A DNA stretch of 64,000 nucleotides from Eledone cirrhosa (GCA_964016885.1 OZ024749.1:40176001-40240000), one strand, 5' to 3'. Shown: positions 46,267 to 61,602, counted from the stretch's first letter. The notes: generated by a model not told the origin, from the sequence alone. Numbers and translations are program-made.

Positions 46267-46507
46267 TATATTCATATATATACATATATATACACATCAT
46301 AGTATAGACGATCCTCTTAACGTGTCAAAATATCTAATTTGAGTCGAATTAGATTAATTGAGAGTTCTGTTAGAGGGAAGGGAAAGGGAGATAAGAAAAT
46401 AACGTTTATTTTTAACAAATGAGAATAAAATATTTTCCTAATATAGAATAACGAAATAAGAGAATGTTAATTTTCTAAAAGAAAGAGGAAAATGTATATT
46501 ACGTTAT

Positions 46508-46553
<46 letters not shown>

Positions 46554-46698
46554 CGTGGTGATGGTGGTGTTACAGATACTGACACACATGTAAACACAAA
46601 CATGGATACAAACACACTCACACACACACACACAGATATATATATATGTATGTATATATGTATATATATTTATATATATATATGTGTGTGTGTGTATG

Positions 46699-46743
<45 letters not shown>

Positions 46744-46909
46744 AGAAGAAGAAGAAGAAGAAGAAGAAGAAGAAGAAGAAGAAGAAGAAGAAGAAGAAGA
46801 AGAAGAAGAAGAAGAAATACATAGATAGATAGATAGATTTCTTTATTAGCCGCAAGGGCGCACAAGAAAAGGGGACAATACAAAGACATGCCGGGGATTT
46901 TATAGATAA

Positions 46910-46942
<33 letters not shown>

Positions 46943-47260
46943 TTAAAATCCCTATTTGAAATATTGTGAGGCTCCAAAATGTTCTCCCTTTTTCAACATT
47001 TGCTCTATATGTTTGCTCCAATATGTTCCATCTGTTTCTTCAGATGGTGCAAAAAATACCGCAGGGAGGGGGGGGGGACTGAAAGGGCCTGTATATATAT
47101 ATGTGTGTGTGTATGTGTGTGCGTGTATATGTGTGTGTCTGTGTCTGTGTGTTTGCGTGTGTATGTATGTATGTATTATAGTTATTATAGCTATTATAGC
47201 TGACGATATACAGAATGTACCTATAATATGTATAAATACTGCTCCATCTATATATATATT

Positions 47261-47291
<31 letters not shown>

Positions 47292-47347
47292 TTATGTGTG
47301 TGTGCGTGTGTGTCTGTACGTTTGGATTTGCAAACATGTGGAAAAAG

Positions 47348-47383
<36 letters not shown>

Positions 47384-47564
47384 TGTATGTATGTATGTAT
47401 GTATGTATGTATGTATGTATGTATGTATACAGGATATATATTATTCCCATTAACTGTCTCCATAGTTTTTATCTTGAACTGTAAACAAGCAAATTCCCCC
47501 CTAATTTCTGAACACAAATACATAAAGTCACAACACACTTCTATAAAACATACACACTCACACA

Positions 47565-47619
<55 letters not shown>

Positions 47620-48081
47620 ACACTCACTCACACACACACACTCACACACACACATACACACACTCACACACACATATACACACACACACATACAGAGACA
47701 GACTCATACACACACAACTTTCGTTTCCTTTTGAGAGGGACAACATCAAATATCGTATTTTCATTGTTCACTTCCGGTTGGTGCTAAGGGAGGTGTTACC
47801 GTTGTCGTTGTTGTTGTTGTTGTTGTCGTCGTTCCGGTTCTTGCTGTTGTTCGTCTTGGTAATGATGATGATGGTGATATTGATGTTGCTCTTAGTGTTG
47901 TTGTGGTGGAGGTGGCGATGGCGGGGCGGGGCGGGGTGGGGTGGGGTGGGGTCAACGGAATGTGTTTCCTCTATTGTGCTGTAAAATATCCCAAAATGAA
48001 AGTATTCCAAACTTACTATTGCGATTACACACACGCACAGACTCACACTCACGCACACACTCACACACACAGACACACACA

Positions 48082-48128
<47 letters not shown>

Positions 48129-48139
48129 GCAAACATCTA

Positions 48140-48181
<42 letters not shown>

Positions 48182-48297
48182 AATGCATATAAAGATATAC
48201 ACACATACATAAACACACACATACATAAACACACACGCACAGACTCACACTCACGCACACACTCACACACACACACAGACACACACAGACACACACA

Positions 48298-48334
<37 letters not shown>

Positions 48335-48347
48335 GCAAACATCTACC

Positions 48348-48378
<31 letters not shown>

Positions 48379-49011
48379 GTAAATGCATATAAAGATATAC
48401 ACACATACATAAACACACACATACATAAACACACACATTCATAAACGCACACATTCATAAACGCACACATTCATAAACATATATATGTAAATGCATATAA
48501 AGATATACACACATACATAAACACACACATACATAAACACACACATACATAAACACACACATACATAAACACACACATTCATAAACGCACACATTCATAA
48601 ACGCACACATTCATAAACATATATATGTAAATGCATATAAAGATATACACACATACATAAACACACACATACATAAACACACACATACATAAACACACAC
48701 ATTCATAAACACACACATTCATAAACACACACATTCATAAACGCACACTTTCATAAACACACACATACATGAACACACACATACATAAACACATACATAC
48801 ATAAACACACACATACATAAACACACACATACATAAACATAAACTTATAAACACACACACACTGAGTATACAAACGTGTGTGTATGTGTGTATACATATT
48901 TGTGTATATACATACATCATTAGGTATTATCAATTATACAATCAAACCAGACGACAGTATTTTGACAACAATACTACATCTGTATTGGATTTATGCATAG
49001 TTAAGGTTAGG

Positions 49012-49173
<162 letters not shown>

Positions 49174-49192
49174 ATATATATATGTATATAGG

Positions 49193-49256
<64 letters not shown>

Positions 49257-49564
49257 CATTTACATACCTCGCATATCCTTACCTTAAATGATAAAATATA
49301 AAATACATCTGTAAAGATTTGACACAATTTCCGACCACATATACTTGTTCTAATTATTGTTGTTGTTGTCGTCGTCGTCGTTTTGTTGTTGTTGTCATCG
49401 TCCTTATAGTGTTGTTGTCCTTATGATTGTAATTATTTTGTTAATGGCGCTTTTCTATTTCTGTCCGTGGAAAAATATCGCAAATAACAATATCAACATC
49501 AAATATATATATATATTATTGAGAATATTAATAAATGAAGACATTCACATAATCAAAATATATG

Positions 49565-49626
49565 TTTTATTATATATATTTCGAAGGTACTGTGCTGTGT
49601 TTTCAGTACGTCCTCGTCAGATAAAA
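49565..49626 (-). ncRNA. Type I minimal hammerhead ribozyme
   Basis: Reverse complement: ttttat CTGACGA ggac-gtactg...cagtac-cttc GAAA TATATATA ataaaa. Confidence 0.82.
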
Positions 49627-49932
49627 TACATGAATTGATGTATGACATACCTCAACTGTCTTGGTGGTTCAATTCCAGTATTGGCAGTGATTTGAGAAAA
49701 TTTGATCCGAAGTCATTAGAAGTGTCTGTCGAACCTGCAGATCCAGAATCAGACAGATCCACACAATGATCGTGTCTCGAGCTGTCTGCCGGCGAAACAA
49801 TTGTAACACACAATAAATTGAGCTCAGACGCATCACTGATTTTTTCGTTTTATATTATATCACACTCTGCCCTGTAAGAATATAGAGTGCTCAACCGGCA
49901 TACCCCCCTATGGAAGCATCTTAGCTACCATC

Positions 49933-49998
<66 letters not shown>

Positions 49999-50000
<2 letters not shown>

Positions 50001-50265
50001 CGAAGGAAATGTGGTAAGGAACCAGGTGGACCATAACGCACCAAAGTATTCAATACTTAGGGTAGTAGAGTGCGTAATAGGAACGAGTAGGACCCCGACG
50101 GCTGAACTCAAGCCGTTTCGACGGCTAATTCTGGACTGGCCGTCGAAACGGCTTGAGCTCAGCCGTCGGGGTCCTACTCGTTCCTATTACCCACTCTACT
50201 ACCCTAAGTATTGAGTACTTTGGTGCGTTATGGTCCACTTGGTTCCTTACCACATTTCCCTCGTT
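49999..50265. mobile_element. Family F element with both arms complete (~130-bp arms, near-perfect palindrome)
   Basis: aacgaaggaaatgtggtaagg ... ccttaccacatttccctcgtt; TA flanks. Confidence 0.9.
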
Positions 50266-50599
50266 ATATATATATATATGTATGTATGTATCCGTATGTA
50301 GTTAATGGCCGAGAGTAAAGTGTACTCAATCCAGAAGTACATTTCAATACACGGAAATATGCGGTACACACGTTCTTCAGATAGTTAAAATCTTTAACAA
50401 GCTGGCGAACATCTAGTTAATGGAGCTACAAGCTTGCTTGTGTGTTGAAGAATTTCGCTTCGTACACACGTGGTTTGTAATTCACTCCTACTTCATGGCA
50501 CCTTCTGTTACTGCTCTTCCTCTCTCTTTCATCCTCCTCTTCTTCACTCTCAACCTACAACACATAGGAGAGTTCTACCAACTCTATAGTAGGCACGTG

Positions 50600-50927
50600 T
50601 GAAGGTGCGTGGCTTAGTAGTTAACGTATTCGACTCTTGATCGTAAGGTTGTGAGTTCGATTGTCGGGCCGGCAGTGCATTGTGTCCTTGAGCAAGACAC
50701 TTTGTTTCACGCTGCTCCCGTCCACTCAGCTGGCAAAAATGAGTTCTACCTGTAATTTGTAAGGCCAGCCTTGTCACATTCTGTGTTACACTGAATCTCC
50801 CTGAGAAATATGCTAAGTGTACGTATGTCTGTGGAATGCTCAGCTACTTACGTGTAAATTCACGAGCAGGCTGTTTCGTTGAGCGTATCAACTGGAACAC
50901 TCGTCGTCGTAATTGACGGATTGCCAA
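50600..50927 (+). mobile_element. Full-length CORE-type tRNA SINE with alternative tail (relatives 5620-6000, 14075-14180, 40985-41235)
   Basis: A box TGGCTTAGTAG, B box GAGTTCGATT, TGTGTCCTTGAGCAAGACACTT. Confidence 0.85.
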
Positions 50928-51044
50928 AACTGTACACACACAGACACTCCATTGATGCCCACCACCAACATAGCTACACATCATTCTTTTTTATGTAAAA
51001 TGTTATGATTTCTTATTGAAATGGTAATTTCAATATGTATATAG

Positions 51045-51152
51045 GTAAGTTATTCCGGGTTGAATCGGAGGTAACCACAGTAAGTAAGGTACTCAATACA
51101 TAGCAGAGTATAAAAGTTTTAATATAGATGAGATTCTACAGGACTAGAACTC
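51045..51152 (-). mobile_element. 3' part of a family E HHR element, truncated in stem/loop III
   Basis: Reverse complement of ~57392-57493. Confidence 0.75.
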
Positions 51153-51167
51153 TTTATATATATATGT

Positions 51168-51304
51168 AGTCCAGAAATAGCCGTCGAAACGGCTTGAGCT
51201 CTGCCGTCGGGGTCATACATTTTCCTATTACTCACTCTACTACCCTAAGTATTGAGTACTCTGGTGCGTTATGGTCCATCTGGTTCCTTACCACAACTCC
51301 TTCG

Positions 51305-51306
<2 letters not shown>
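51168..51306 (+). mobile_element. Family F single arm starting in stem II
   Basis: tagtccagaaatagccgtcGAAACggc...ccttcgtt. Confidence 0.8.
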
Positions 51307-51352
<46 letters not shown>

Positions 51353-52602
51353 ATATATATGCTTGTATATATGCATTTGTGTGTGTGTATGTATCTGGAT
51401 ATGTGTGTCTGTGTATGTGTGTGTGTGCATCAGTGTGGCAGTCATTGTATGTGTGTTTGCGTGTACACATGTATACATGAGCCTGAATATGTTTATCTGC
51501 ATATGTGTATGTGTATGTATATGTGTGTGTGTGTGTGCATTTCTGTGTGTGTAGCTATGTGTATCTGTGTGTGTGTGTGTGTGTGTGTGTGTATCTATGT
51601 GTATCTGTGTGTGTGTGTATGTATTTATGTGTATCTGTGCGTGTGTAGCTATGTATATCTGTGTGTATGTCTATGTGTATCTGTGTGTGTAGCTATGTGT
51701 ATCTGTGTGTGTACGTGTATCTATGTATATCTGTGTGTGTGTGTGTGTGTATCTATGTGTATTTGTGTGCGTGAGAGTGTGTGTATCTGTATGTATGTGT
51801 GTGTATCTATGTGTATCTGTGTGTGTGTGTATCTATATGTATCTGTGTGTGTGAGAGTGTGTGTATCTGTGTGTGTGTGTAGCTATGTGTATCTGTGTGT
51901 GTAGCTATGTGTATATGTGTGTGTGAGAGTGTGTGTATCTGTGTATATGTGTGTGCAGCTATGTGTATCTGTGTGTGTGAGAGTGGGTGTGTATCTGTAT
52001 ATATGTATGTGTGTGTGTGTGTGTATCTATGTGTATCTGTGTGTGTATCTATGTGTATCTGTGTGTGTGAGAGTGTGTGTGTGTGTATCTATGTGTATCT
52101 GTGTGTGTAGCTATGTGTATCTGTGTGTGTGAGAGTGTGTGTATCTGTATATATGTATGTGTGTGTGTGTGTGTATCTATGTGTATCTGTGTGTGTAGCT
52201 ATGTGTATCTGTGTGTGTGAGAGTGTGTGTGTATCTGTATATATGTATATGCGTGTGTGTGTGTGCTAGCATATAAGTATGACCTAAATACTTCAATGTT
52301 AAACACATCCTTACATCGTCACACGGGGCTCCCCGTGTGACGATGTCGGAGCGGGTGTGGCTGTGGGGTGGGGGAAGATGTCTGAGAGACAATCACGTTG
52401 AGATTGCATGACAATTCCCATCACAGGGTGACAGTAGTGAGGTGTGGGTGGTTGATAGAGGCTATGATGGATACCCAAGAAGGCAGTTACATACATGTAG
52501 ACCTTACATATCTTGGAGTAAATGCGTGAGAAGTTTAGCTTTATGGAGGGAATATGTATATATATATACATAGAGAGAGAGGGAGAGGTAGGTAGATAGA
52601 CC

Positions 52603-52665
<63 letters not shown>

Positions 52666-53129
52666 CAGATATGTTTCTTTATTAGCCACAGGGGCACAAA
52701 AGAAGGGGACAAATACAAAGGGGGAAGTTTACATACAATAAAAACGTGTAAAATGTTATCATAAATGAAATTTAAAAAATTAGTCGATTTCCCCCAATAG
52801 GGGGAGACAGTTTATATGGGTAACACATACCCCCGAAAAAATGTGCAACCCTCATCTCCAGGAGTACGAAGAGTTTGTACTCCTTTCCTCTCCTCCTCCT
52901 TTTCCTCAACCTACAGGTAGCTAGAGAAATAGGTAGCTAGAGAGATAGATTGATAGATAGGTGTGAAGGCAGATAGGTAGATAGAGATAGATAGAGATAG
53001 ATAGATAGATATGTGCGTGTGTGTCTGGGTGTGTATGTGTGTATGTGTATGAATATGTGTGTGTTTGTGTGTGTGTGTGTGTGTGTATTTGTGTGTATGT
53101 TTGTGTGTGTGTGTGTGTGTGTGAGTGTG

Positions 53130-54232
53130 TTTGTGAAAGAGAGAGTGTGTGGTTGTGTGTGTATGTGTGTGTGTGTGTTTGTGTGTGTGTGAAAGGGAGA
53201 GTCTGTGTGTGGTTGTGTGTGTGTGTGTGTGTTTGTGTGTGTGTGAAAGAGAGAGTGTGTGGTTGTGTGTGTGTGTGTGTGTGTTTGTGTGTGTGTGAAA
53301 GAGAGAGTCTGTGTGTGTGTGTGTGTGTGTGAGTGTGTTTGTGTGTGTGTGAAAGAGAGAGTGTGTGGTTGTGTGTGTGTATGTGTGTGTGTGTTTGTGT
53401 GTGTGTGAAAGAGAGAGTCTGTGTGTATGTGTGTGTGTGTGAGTGTGTTTGTGTGTGTGTGAAAGAGAGAGTCTGTGTGTGTATGTGTGTGTGTTTGTGT
53501 GTGTGTGAAAGAGAGAGTGTGTGGTTGTGTGTGTGTATGTGTGTGTGTGTTTGTGTGTGTGTGAAAGAGAGAGTCTGTGTGTGTGTGTGTGTGTGTGTGA
53601 AAGAGAGAGTGTGTGGTTGTATGTGTGTGTATGTGTGTGTGTGTTTGTGTGTGTGTGAAAGAGAGAGTATGTGTGTGTGTGAGTGTGTTTGTGTGTGTGT
53701 GAAAGAGAGAGTGTGTGGTTGTGTGTGTGTGTATGTGTGTGTGTGTTTGTGTGTGAAAGAGAGAGTCTGTGTGTGTATGTGTGTGTGTGAGTGTGTTTGT
53801 GTGTGTGTGAAAGAGAGAGTGTGTGGTTGTATGTGTGTGTATGTGTGTGTGTGTTTGTGTGTGTGTGAAAGAGAGAGTGTGTGGTTGTGTGTGTGTGTAT
53901 GTGTGTGTGTGTTTGTGTGTGTGTGAAAGAGAGAGTGTGTGGTTGTGTGTGTGTGTATGTGTGTGTGTGTTTGTGTGTGTGTGAAAGAGAGTCTGTGTGT
54001 GTATGTGTGTGTGTGAGTGTGTTTGTGTGTGTGTGAAAGAGAGAGTGTGTGGTTGTATGTGTGTGTATGTGTGTGTGTGTTTGTGTGTGTGTGAAAGAGA
54101 GAGTGTGTGTGTATGTGTGTGTGTGTATGTGTGTGTGTGTTTGTGTGTGAAAGAGAGAGTCTGTGTGTGTATGTGTGTGTGTGAGTGTGTTTGTGTGTGT
54201 GTGAAAGAGAGAGTCTGTGTGGTTGTGTGTGT

Positions 54233-54240
<8 letters not shown>
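53130..54240. repeat. Complex (GT)n/gaaagagagagt minisatellite
   Basis: Direct reading. Confidence 0.9.
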
Positions 54241-54270
<30 letters not shown>

Positions 54271-54755
54271 CATGACAACACGATAAGGTTGTGGATACCA
54301 TTAACCCAGTCGTTGCCATATTTCTAAAGAAAGAAGTTTCATTGTATTTACAAATAATTTTGAAAATAATTAATAATTTGAAGTAATTTAGTAAAATCAC
54401 CAACTATATGTGATGTGTGGAACATAACTTAACAAAGGTTCTTAAATAAAATTACGATGGAATTTTTTTTTTTTTTTAGATAAATATAAACACTTTAAAA
54501 CAAACAGTTTATGCATTATTATGATACCAAGTCCCGCTGAAGTCAACTTTGCCTTTCATCCATTCGAGGTCGATAAAAAAAGTACCAGTTAAGTACTGGG
54601 TCGATTCTTCCTCTCTCTCACTTACTATCCTTCTCTGGAAGAGGTCTGTTGTAGTGAAGCCTGGAGTGGGATGGGCTCCGCCAAGCTTAAAATGCCCTAC
54701 AAACGCCGTATACCACGGCACCCTTTCGACTCCCTCAGGTTACGGTTAGAGTTGT

Positions 54756-54972
54756 CGTTAGGGTTTGGGGTTAGGGTTAGGGTTAGTGCTAGGGTTAGGG
54801 TTAGGGTTAGGGTTAGGGTTTGGGGTTAGGGTTAGGGTTAGGGTTAGGGTTAGGGTTAGGGGTTAGGGTTAGGGTTAGGGTTAGGGTTAGGGTTAGGGTT
54901 AGGGTTAGGGTTTGGGGTTAGGGTTAGGGTTAGGTTTAGACTGAGGTTTAGTTTTAGGGTTAGTTTTAGAGT
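54756..54972. repeat. Interstitial telomeric tract (TTAGGG)n
   Basis: ~200 bp of ttaggg with variant units. Confidence 0.95.
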
Positions 54973-56252
54973 TTGGTTTCAGGACATATTTATAAGATTT
55001 CATATATATCTTCTATCAATCCTCACCACCACCAACAACACAGCTGCTGCCGACACCACCACCACCACCACCGTAAACTGCCCTGCCTTGACCTACTCTA
55101 CTCCGCCCCACCCTCCCAACTTACCCTGCCCTGCTCTGCTCTATCTGTGGGGGTCAATAATGATATTTTGCTTCGACATCGGTTAGGGTGTTAACATTTC
55201 AGGGGTAGGAGAGAGAGAAAAGGAGACATAGATACGGAGAGGGAAGAAGAAGAAGAAGAAGAAGAAGAAGAAGAAGAAGAAGAAAAACAACAACAACAAC
55301 AACAAAACACGGATGTGTTTATCGTTAACGGTGGAAGCGGTGGCGGCGATGAGGGTGGTAGCAATACAGAGGACATTTTTTTTTTTTTTTTTTTTTTGTT
55401 CTTATCTGGATTAGAAAGAAACTAATAGAAACATTTAGTTAGATTAAGTTGATGGGATTTGGAAACGATTTTTGGTTTCTAGAAGAAGAACAGCAGAGAA
55501 GATGACAGAGCAGAGGAAGTGCTTACACAAGCAAGATTTTTTTGTAAGGAAGACGGTGTGGGGGCTCTTTCGAAATATTTTACTGTGAGGCAGGTCGGAG
55601 GTGGGGGGGGTCGGGGTAGGAGAGTGAGGTAGGGAGAGAGAGAGAGAGAGCAAGATAGAGGGTGTGAAAGGGATGTAAGATAGATAGCAGGCAGGTAGGA
55701 ATAGTGAGAGTGAGAGGAAGGGTGTGGTAGAAAGCAGGTAGAAGCAGTGAGGGAGGAAGAAAGAGAAAGAGAAGGAGGCATGTCGTAGTAGTGAGAAAGA
55801 GAGAGAGAGAGAGAGAGAGGGACTCGGCGATGGAAGGACGTAGAATCATAGTAGCGAAGGAGAGGGGGGAAAGAGAGAGGGTGACAAGAAGGTTGGTGAT
55901 AATAACGAGAGAGAAAGGGGGAGGAGAGAAGGAGTGATGGAAGGAGGTAGGCAATAGTAGCGAGGGAAAAGGGGGAGGAGAGAGAGAGAGAGAGTAATTT
56001 TTAAAGACAGACCAGAACTGTGTTCTAAGGAAATATTTTAGGGGTTTAAATATCAATATCTTTGTTGACTGCAGGGAGTAGTGAGAGAGAGAAAAGGGGA
56101 CAGGGGGCAGAGAGTGAAAGGTGAAACCGTAAGGGGGAACGAGACTAGAACAGAGAGGGAAAGAATTTTTGTGACAAACTATGTAATGTAAATGTAAATA
56201 TATATATATATGTGTGTGTGTAGATATATGTGTATTTATCTGTCTGTCTGTC

Positions 56253-56352
<100 letters not shown>

Positions 56353-56418
56353 ATATATACATATATTTTTTTTTTGTGTGTGTAGATATATGTGTATTTA
56401 TCTGTCTGTTTGTCTGTT

Positions 56419-56452
<34 letters not shown>

Positions 56453-56526
56453 AACAGACAAACAGACAAACAGACAGATAAATGTATTTATCTGTCTGTG
56501 TTTGATATATATATATATATATATAT

Positions 56527-56606
<80 letters not shown>

Positions 56607-56659
56607 AACACAGACAGATAAATACACATATATCTACACACAAAAAAAAATATATGTAT

Positions 56660-56742
<83 letters not shown>

Positions 56743-56799
56743 GTATATTTTTTTTTTTTTCGTATACATTTTTTGGGACATCCTTTATATATATATATA

Positions 56800-57048
<249 letters not shown>

Positions 57049-57073
57049 GTATGTATGTGTATGTATATGTATA

Positions 57074-57121
<48 letters not shown>

Positions 57122-57180
57122 GGACTATTTTTACCATATGTAACCCATGTGCAACTACGCAGTATTCATTCTTCTCATGT

Positions 57181-57295
<115 letters not shown>

Positions 57296-57344
57296 GATTC
57301 TACAGGACTAGAACTGTTTCATTCTTTAGAAATCATCAGGAATC
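57296..57344 (-). ncRNA. Type I hammerhead ribozyme (family E, inverted arm)
   Basis: Reverse complement: gattc CTGATGA tttctaaagaat GAAACAG ttctagtc CTGTA gaatc. Confidence 0.85.
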
Positions 57345-57363
57345 CTGAATGATTTCTAAAGAA

Positions 57364-57408
57364 TTCCTGATGATTTCTAAAGAATGAAACAGTTCTAGTC
57401 CTGTAGAA
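57364..57408 (+). ncRNA. Type I hammerhead ribozyme (family E)
   Basis: ttc CTGATGA(57367) tttctaaagaat GAAACAG ttctagtc CTGTA gaa; element 57290-57494. Confidence 0.8.
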
Positions 57409-57493
57409 GCTCATCTATATTAAAACTTTTATACTCTGCAATGTATTGAGTACCTTACTTACTGTGGTTACCTCCGATTCAACCCGGAATAAC

Positions 57494-57542
<49 letters not shown>

Positions 57543-57661
57543 AACAATATTCTTATATACAATGTTCTTATATATTATGTATACTCCAGTCCTACAAACT
57601 GTAGAGTGCTTATTATCCGATATCTGCATTGCTTTATTGTACTACAATAAAACTCACCTCC

Positions 57662-57695
<34 letters not shown>

Positions 57696-57745
57696 GGGTG
57701 CTCCCCCCCCCCCCCCAAAAAAAAGAAATATATATATATATATAT

Positions 57746-57926
57746 CAGAATGGAGGCGGTAAAAACTAGTTAGACCATTGCTCACCAGAATACTCGATTC
57801 TTGCGATAGTAGACTGGGTAATATGAAAACATTCAGGACCCCGACGGCTGAGCTCCGGCTGTTTCAACAGCTAGATCTAGCCGTTGAAACGGCCGGAGCT
57901 CAGCCGTCGGGGTCCTGAATTTTTTC
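57746..57926. mobile_element. Diverged family F fold-back element
   Basis: gaccccgacggctgagctcc...ctagatctag...GAAACGGCcggagctcaGCCGTCggggtc. Confidence 0.75.
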
Positions 57927-57957
57927 ATAAATATATATATATAGAGAGAGAGAGGTG

Positions 57958-58100
57958 GAGTCTGCGGTACTGAGACCGGGGAGACCACTAATCATAGGAG
58001 TACTCAATACATGGGGAAATGTAGAGTGGGTATAGAGAGATAGGTAAAATGTATGCCGCGGCGCCAAGCGGTTTCTACTTGTGAAGAAGTCGAAACGGCT
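57958..58100 (-). mobile_element. Distant family F-like half-HHR element (relative at 32037-32145)
   Basis: Minus strand GAAACCGC-ttggcgcc-GCGG followed by ccactctac...atgtattgagtact. Confidence 0.55.
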
Positions 58101-58188
58101 GGGCACCGAAACGGATAACGGATAACACCTCCCCCTCTTTCTAATATGTGTGTGTTTATTAAGAAATATATCTATCTGTAATAAAGAA

Positions 58189-58227
<39 letters not shown>

Positions 58228-58252
58228 CGTGCATGTGTGTGCGTGTGTGCGC

Positions 58253-58301
<49 letters not shown>

Positions 58302-58314
58302 CATATCTTCGTTA

Positions 58315-58495
58315 AATAATTGTTTCTATTTTTGGCACAAGGCCAGCAATTATCCCAGTGCATTACTGGTACTTTATTTCATCGACCCCCGCAAGGAGGA
58401 AACTCAAAGTTAACCTCGGCGGAATTAAAACTCAGACCGTAAAAGGGCCGTAACTCTATGCTGCAAAGCATGCCGTACGCCCCTCTACCAATACT
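58315..58495 (-). mobile_element. SINE A copy (also 59255-59360)
   Basis: Matches family consensus. Confidence 0.8.
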
Positions 58496-58540
58496 AGAGG
58501 GTTAATCAAGATTAAATAATGGTTAATGGTTAAATAATGT

Positions 58541-58571
<31 letters not shown>

Positions 58572-58754
58572 ATAAAGGAATTGTGGTAAGGAACCAGATG
58601 GACTATAACGCACCAGAGTACTCAATACTTAGGGTAGTAGAGTGGGAAATAGGAAAAAGTATGACCCCGACGACAGAGCTCAAGCCGTTTCGACGTGTCC
58701 AGAAATAGCCGTCGAAACGGCTTGAGCTCTGCCGTCGGGGTCATAGTTTTTCCT
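58572..58754. mobile_element. Family F fold-back element
   Basis: Same arms; turn at gacgtgtccagaaatagccgtc. Confidence 0.85.
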
Positions 58755-58824
58755 ATATATATATATATATATATATATTTTTAATAGAAGGAGCTTCTGT
58801 TACCAGAACTTAATATGACACCCA

Positions 58825-58873
58825 GCTTCCTGAAGATTTCATCTGAATGAAACAGTACTAGTCCTGTAGAAGC
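58825..58873 (+). ncRNA. Type I hammerhead ribozyme (family E variant)
   Basis: gcttc CTGAAGA tttcatctgaat GAAACAG tactagtc CTGTA gaagc. Confidence 0.85.
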
Positions 58874-58956
58874 GCCTTCTATTAAAAAAATTTTACTCTG
58901 CCATGTATTGAGTACCTTACTTAATGTGGTTATCCCCGACTCAACCCGGGACCTAC

Positions 58957-59022
<66 letters not shown>

Positions 59023-59085
59023 TGAAGTTTCCGTTGAAAATTGAAAAAGTCATAGGAGTGAAGAATGCTCTATGTAATATTAAGT

Positions 59086-59135
<50 letters not shown>

Positions 59136-59590
59136 GTATGTGTGTGTGTGTGTGTGTGTGTATGTACTTAATATTTTCTCCAGTTTTCTCGAGAATGGTA
59201 TTAATTCTATAATGGAATTAATTCTATAAAACTGGTATATATATATATATATATATTGTTTCTACATTTGGCACAAGGCCAGCAATTACCCAGTACATTA
59301 CTGGTACTTTATTTTATCGACCCCGTAAGGATGAAAGGCAAAGTTAACCTCGGCGGGATTTATGTACTAGTTTTAAAGAATTAATTTCTAGTACTTACAT
59401 GTTTGTACTAGTTTTGTACTAGATTTACAGAATTCACTCCATTGCCATTCCAGAACAAACTGGTCGCAAACTGGAAAAATTATTAAGTATAGACATATAC
59501 ATTAAACGCACGTTCGCACAGACACACACACACAGACACACACACATGCACACATGTATATGTGTGTATGTGTGTGTCTGTAGAAAGTAC

Positions 59591-59624
<34 letters not shown>

Positions 59625-61403
59625 GCATATATATACACACACACGTACTTTCGTGCATACGCACACACACACATACACATACACATGTCAACAGATGAAA
59701 AGGGGGCAGACTGAGTTAGAAAAGGAATTTAGAGGGATGGGACTGGGTCTTGGGAGGGGGAGGGGGGCTGTGGAAATAGGAGTAGCAGGAGTCTGGTGTG
59801 TGGTGGGTAGGTGTATGTGTTAGGGGGCAGCGGCAGAGGATCGGAATAGTGTGGGGGGGGAGGGTAAGTCAAATGGGGAAGTTTATAGTTGTTGAATTGT
59901 AGTATGTAGTGGTGGTGGTGGTGGTAGTGGTGGTAGTAGTAGGGGGTCAGTAATGGGGGTCGTGTTGTGGCGGAGGGGGAGGGGGGTAGTGGGGGGGGGT
60001 CGTCGTGGTAGTAGTAGGGGGTCAGTAATGGCGGTGGTGTAGTGGCGGAGGAGGTTAGTATTAGTGCTGGGGATGGTGGTGGTGGTGGTGGTGTTGGTGG
60101 TGGTAGTGGTTGGTACTGGTGCTGATAGTGCTGGTGGTGGTGGTGGTGGTGGTGGTGGTGGCCGTGCTTGGTGGCGGCGGCGGTGGTGGTGGGTGGTGGT
60201 AGATGGTGAGGATGATGGTGGCGGCGGCGGTGATGGCGGTGGGTGGTTTTGATGATGATGGTGGTGGTGCTGGTGGTGCTGGTGACGGTGCTGGAGGCGG
60301 CGGCATTGGAGTCAGTAATGTAAGTGTATAGTATTATGTATGGTATAATATAATAAAGCTACTTGTAATCCGGTTTACATGTGTCAGGTATGATGGAATA
60401 TCGTCTGGGGGGTGAGTGGACGGGGAGTTTCAAGAAACAAACATACATAACAACCTACGCAACACAATATGTAACACAGCATACATAACAACATACTGTG
60501 CAACCTACACAACACCATATGTAACACAACATATATAACACTATATATAACGGAAGATACATAACAATATGAAGCATTCTGAGATATGTAAGAAATGCTT
60601 GATAAGTATTCCAGAAAGCTGGTACAATGCTGTAGAAATATATAAAGGGCAAAGGATGAGAAATAAAACAAAACAAATAAAGATTTTCGTACCCAGTATA
60701 TTTCAATATAATATTTCAGGGTTAAAACCCTCTTTTCAAATGGGAAAAAAAATAATAAGGATTTTCTTTTTTTTTTTTTTTTTTTTTGTTTGCATTTGAA
60801 AAGAGTGTATTAACCGAGAAATATTATGTTGATATATACTGCGTAAGAACGGCCTAACTAAACAAGAGCAGAATTTCCCGGATATTACTGGTTCTTACAT
60901 ACACACACTAATGTAATATGTACCTCATTTATCCCTTCCTCCATCACCTCCACTACTACCACCAATAGCACGAGAGAGAAAGAGAGAGTGAGGGGTGGGT
61001 AGATGTTAAATTAAAGAGATGTGAGAGGAGAATGGAGAAGTAGAAAGACTTGGGAGTGAAGTTGTCGGGCCGGGTGAAATTAGACCATAAAAAGGGACGG
61101 GTGGTAATGTTGGATACTAATGGTTGATGAGGGTCGATGGTATGGATGTATGGTAGTGGTGGATGATGAGGGTGGATGACAGTGGTAGATGGTGAAGGGT
61201 GGATGGTAAGAAGAGAGGCTGTGATGTGACACTGTAAGCAATTGGTTGTGGAATGTGATGGCTAAAAGTTTTAGCTGTGAAAATTACACATACATTACAC
61301 ATAATTGTATATACATAAATGTATATACCTATATATGACTATATGTGTGTGTGAGCGTGGATTTACATGTGTATGTGTGTGTATATGTATATATGTATAT
61401 ATG

Positions 61404-61437
<34 letters not shown>

Positions 61438-61549
61438 AGAGAGAGAGAGTGCACGTACACATATACACACGTAAACACAGAGATAGACGAACGCACATAT
61501 AAGCACTTTACTCTAAAACAGACAAACATATAGACACAAATACACACAT

Positions 61550-61602
<53 letters not shown>

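Noticed and set aside
49648-49800. Possible exon (cag|...|gtatgt on minus) or Penelope endonuclease C-terminus
   Set aside because: All three frames of the putative exon hit stops; protein resemblance is weak, and the region shares non-coding boxes with the 35.6-kb HHR element
55191-55376. MSSVLLPPSSPPP ORF as a gene start
   Set aside because: Runs into microsatellites; no donor site or homology recognisable
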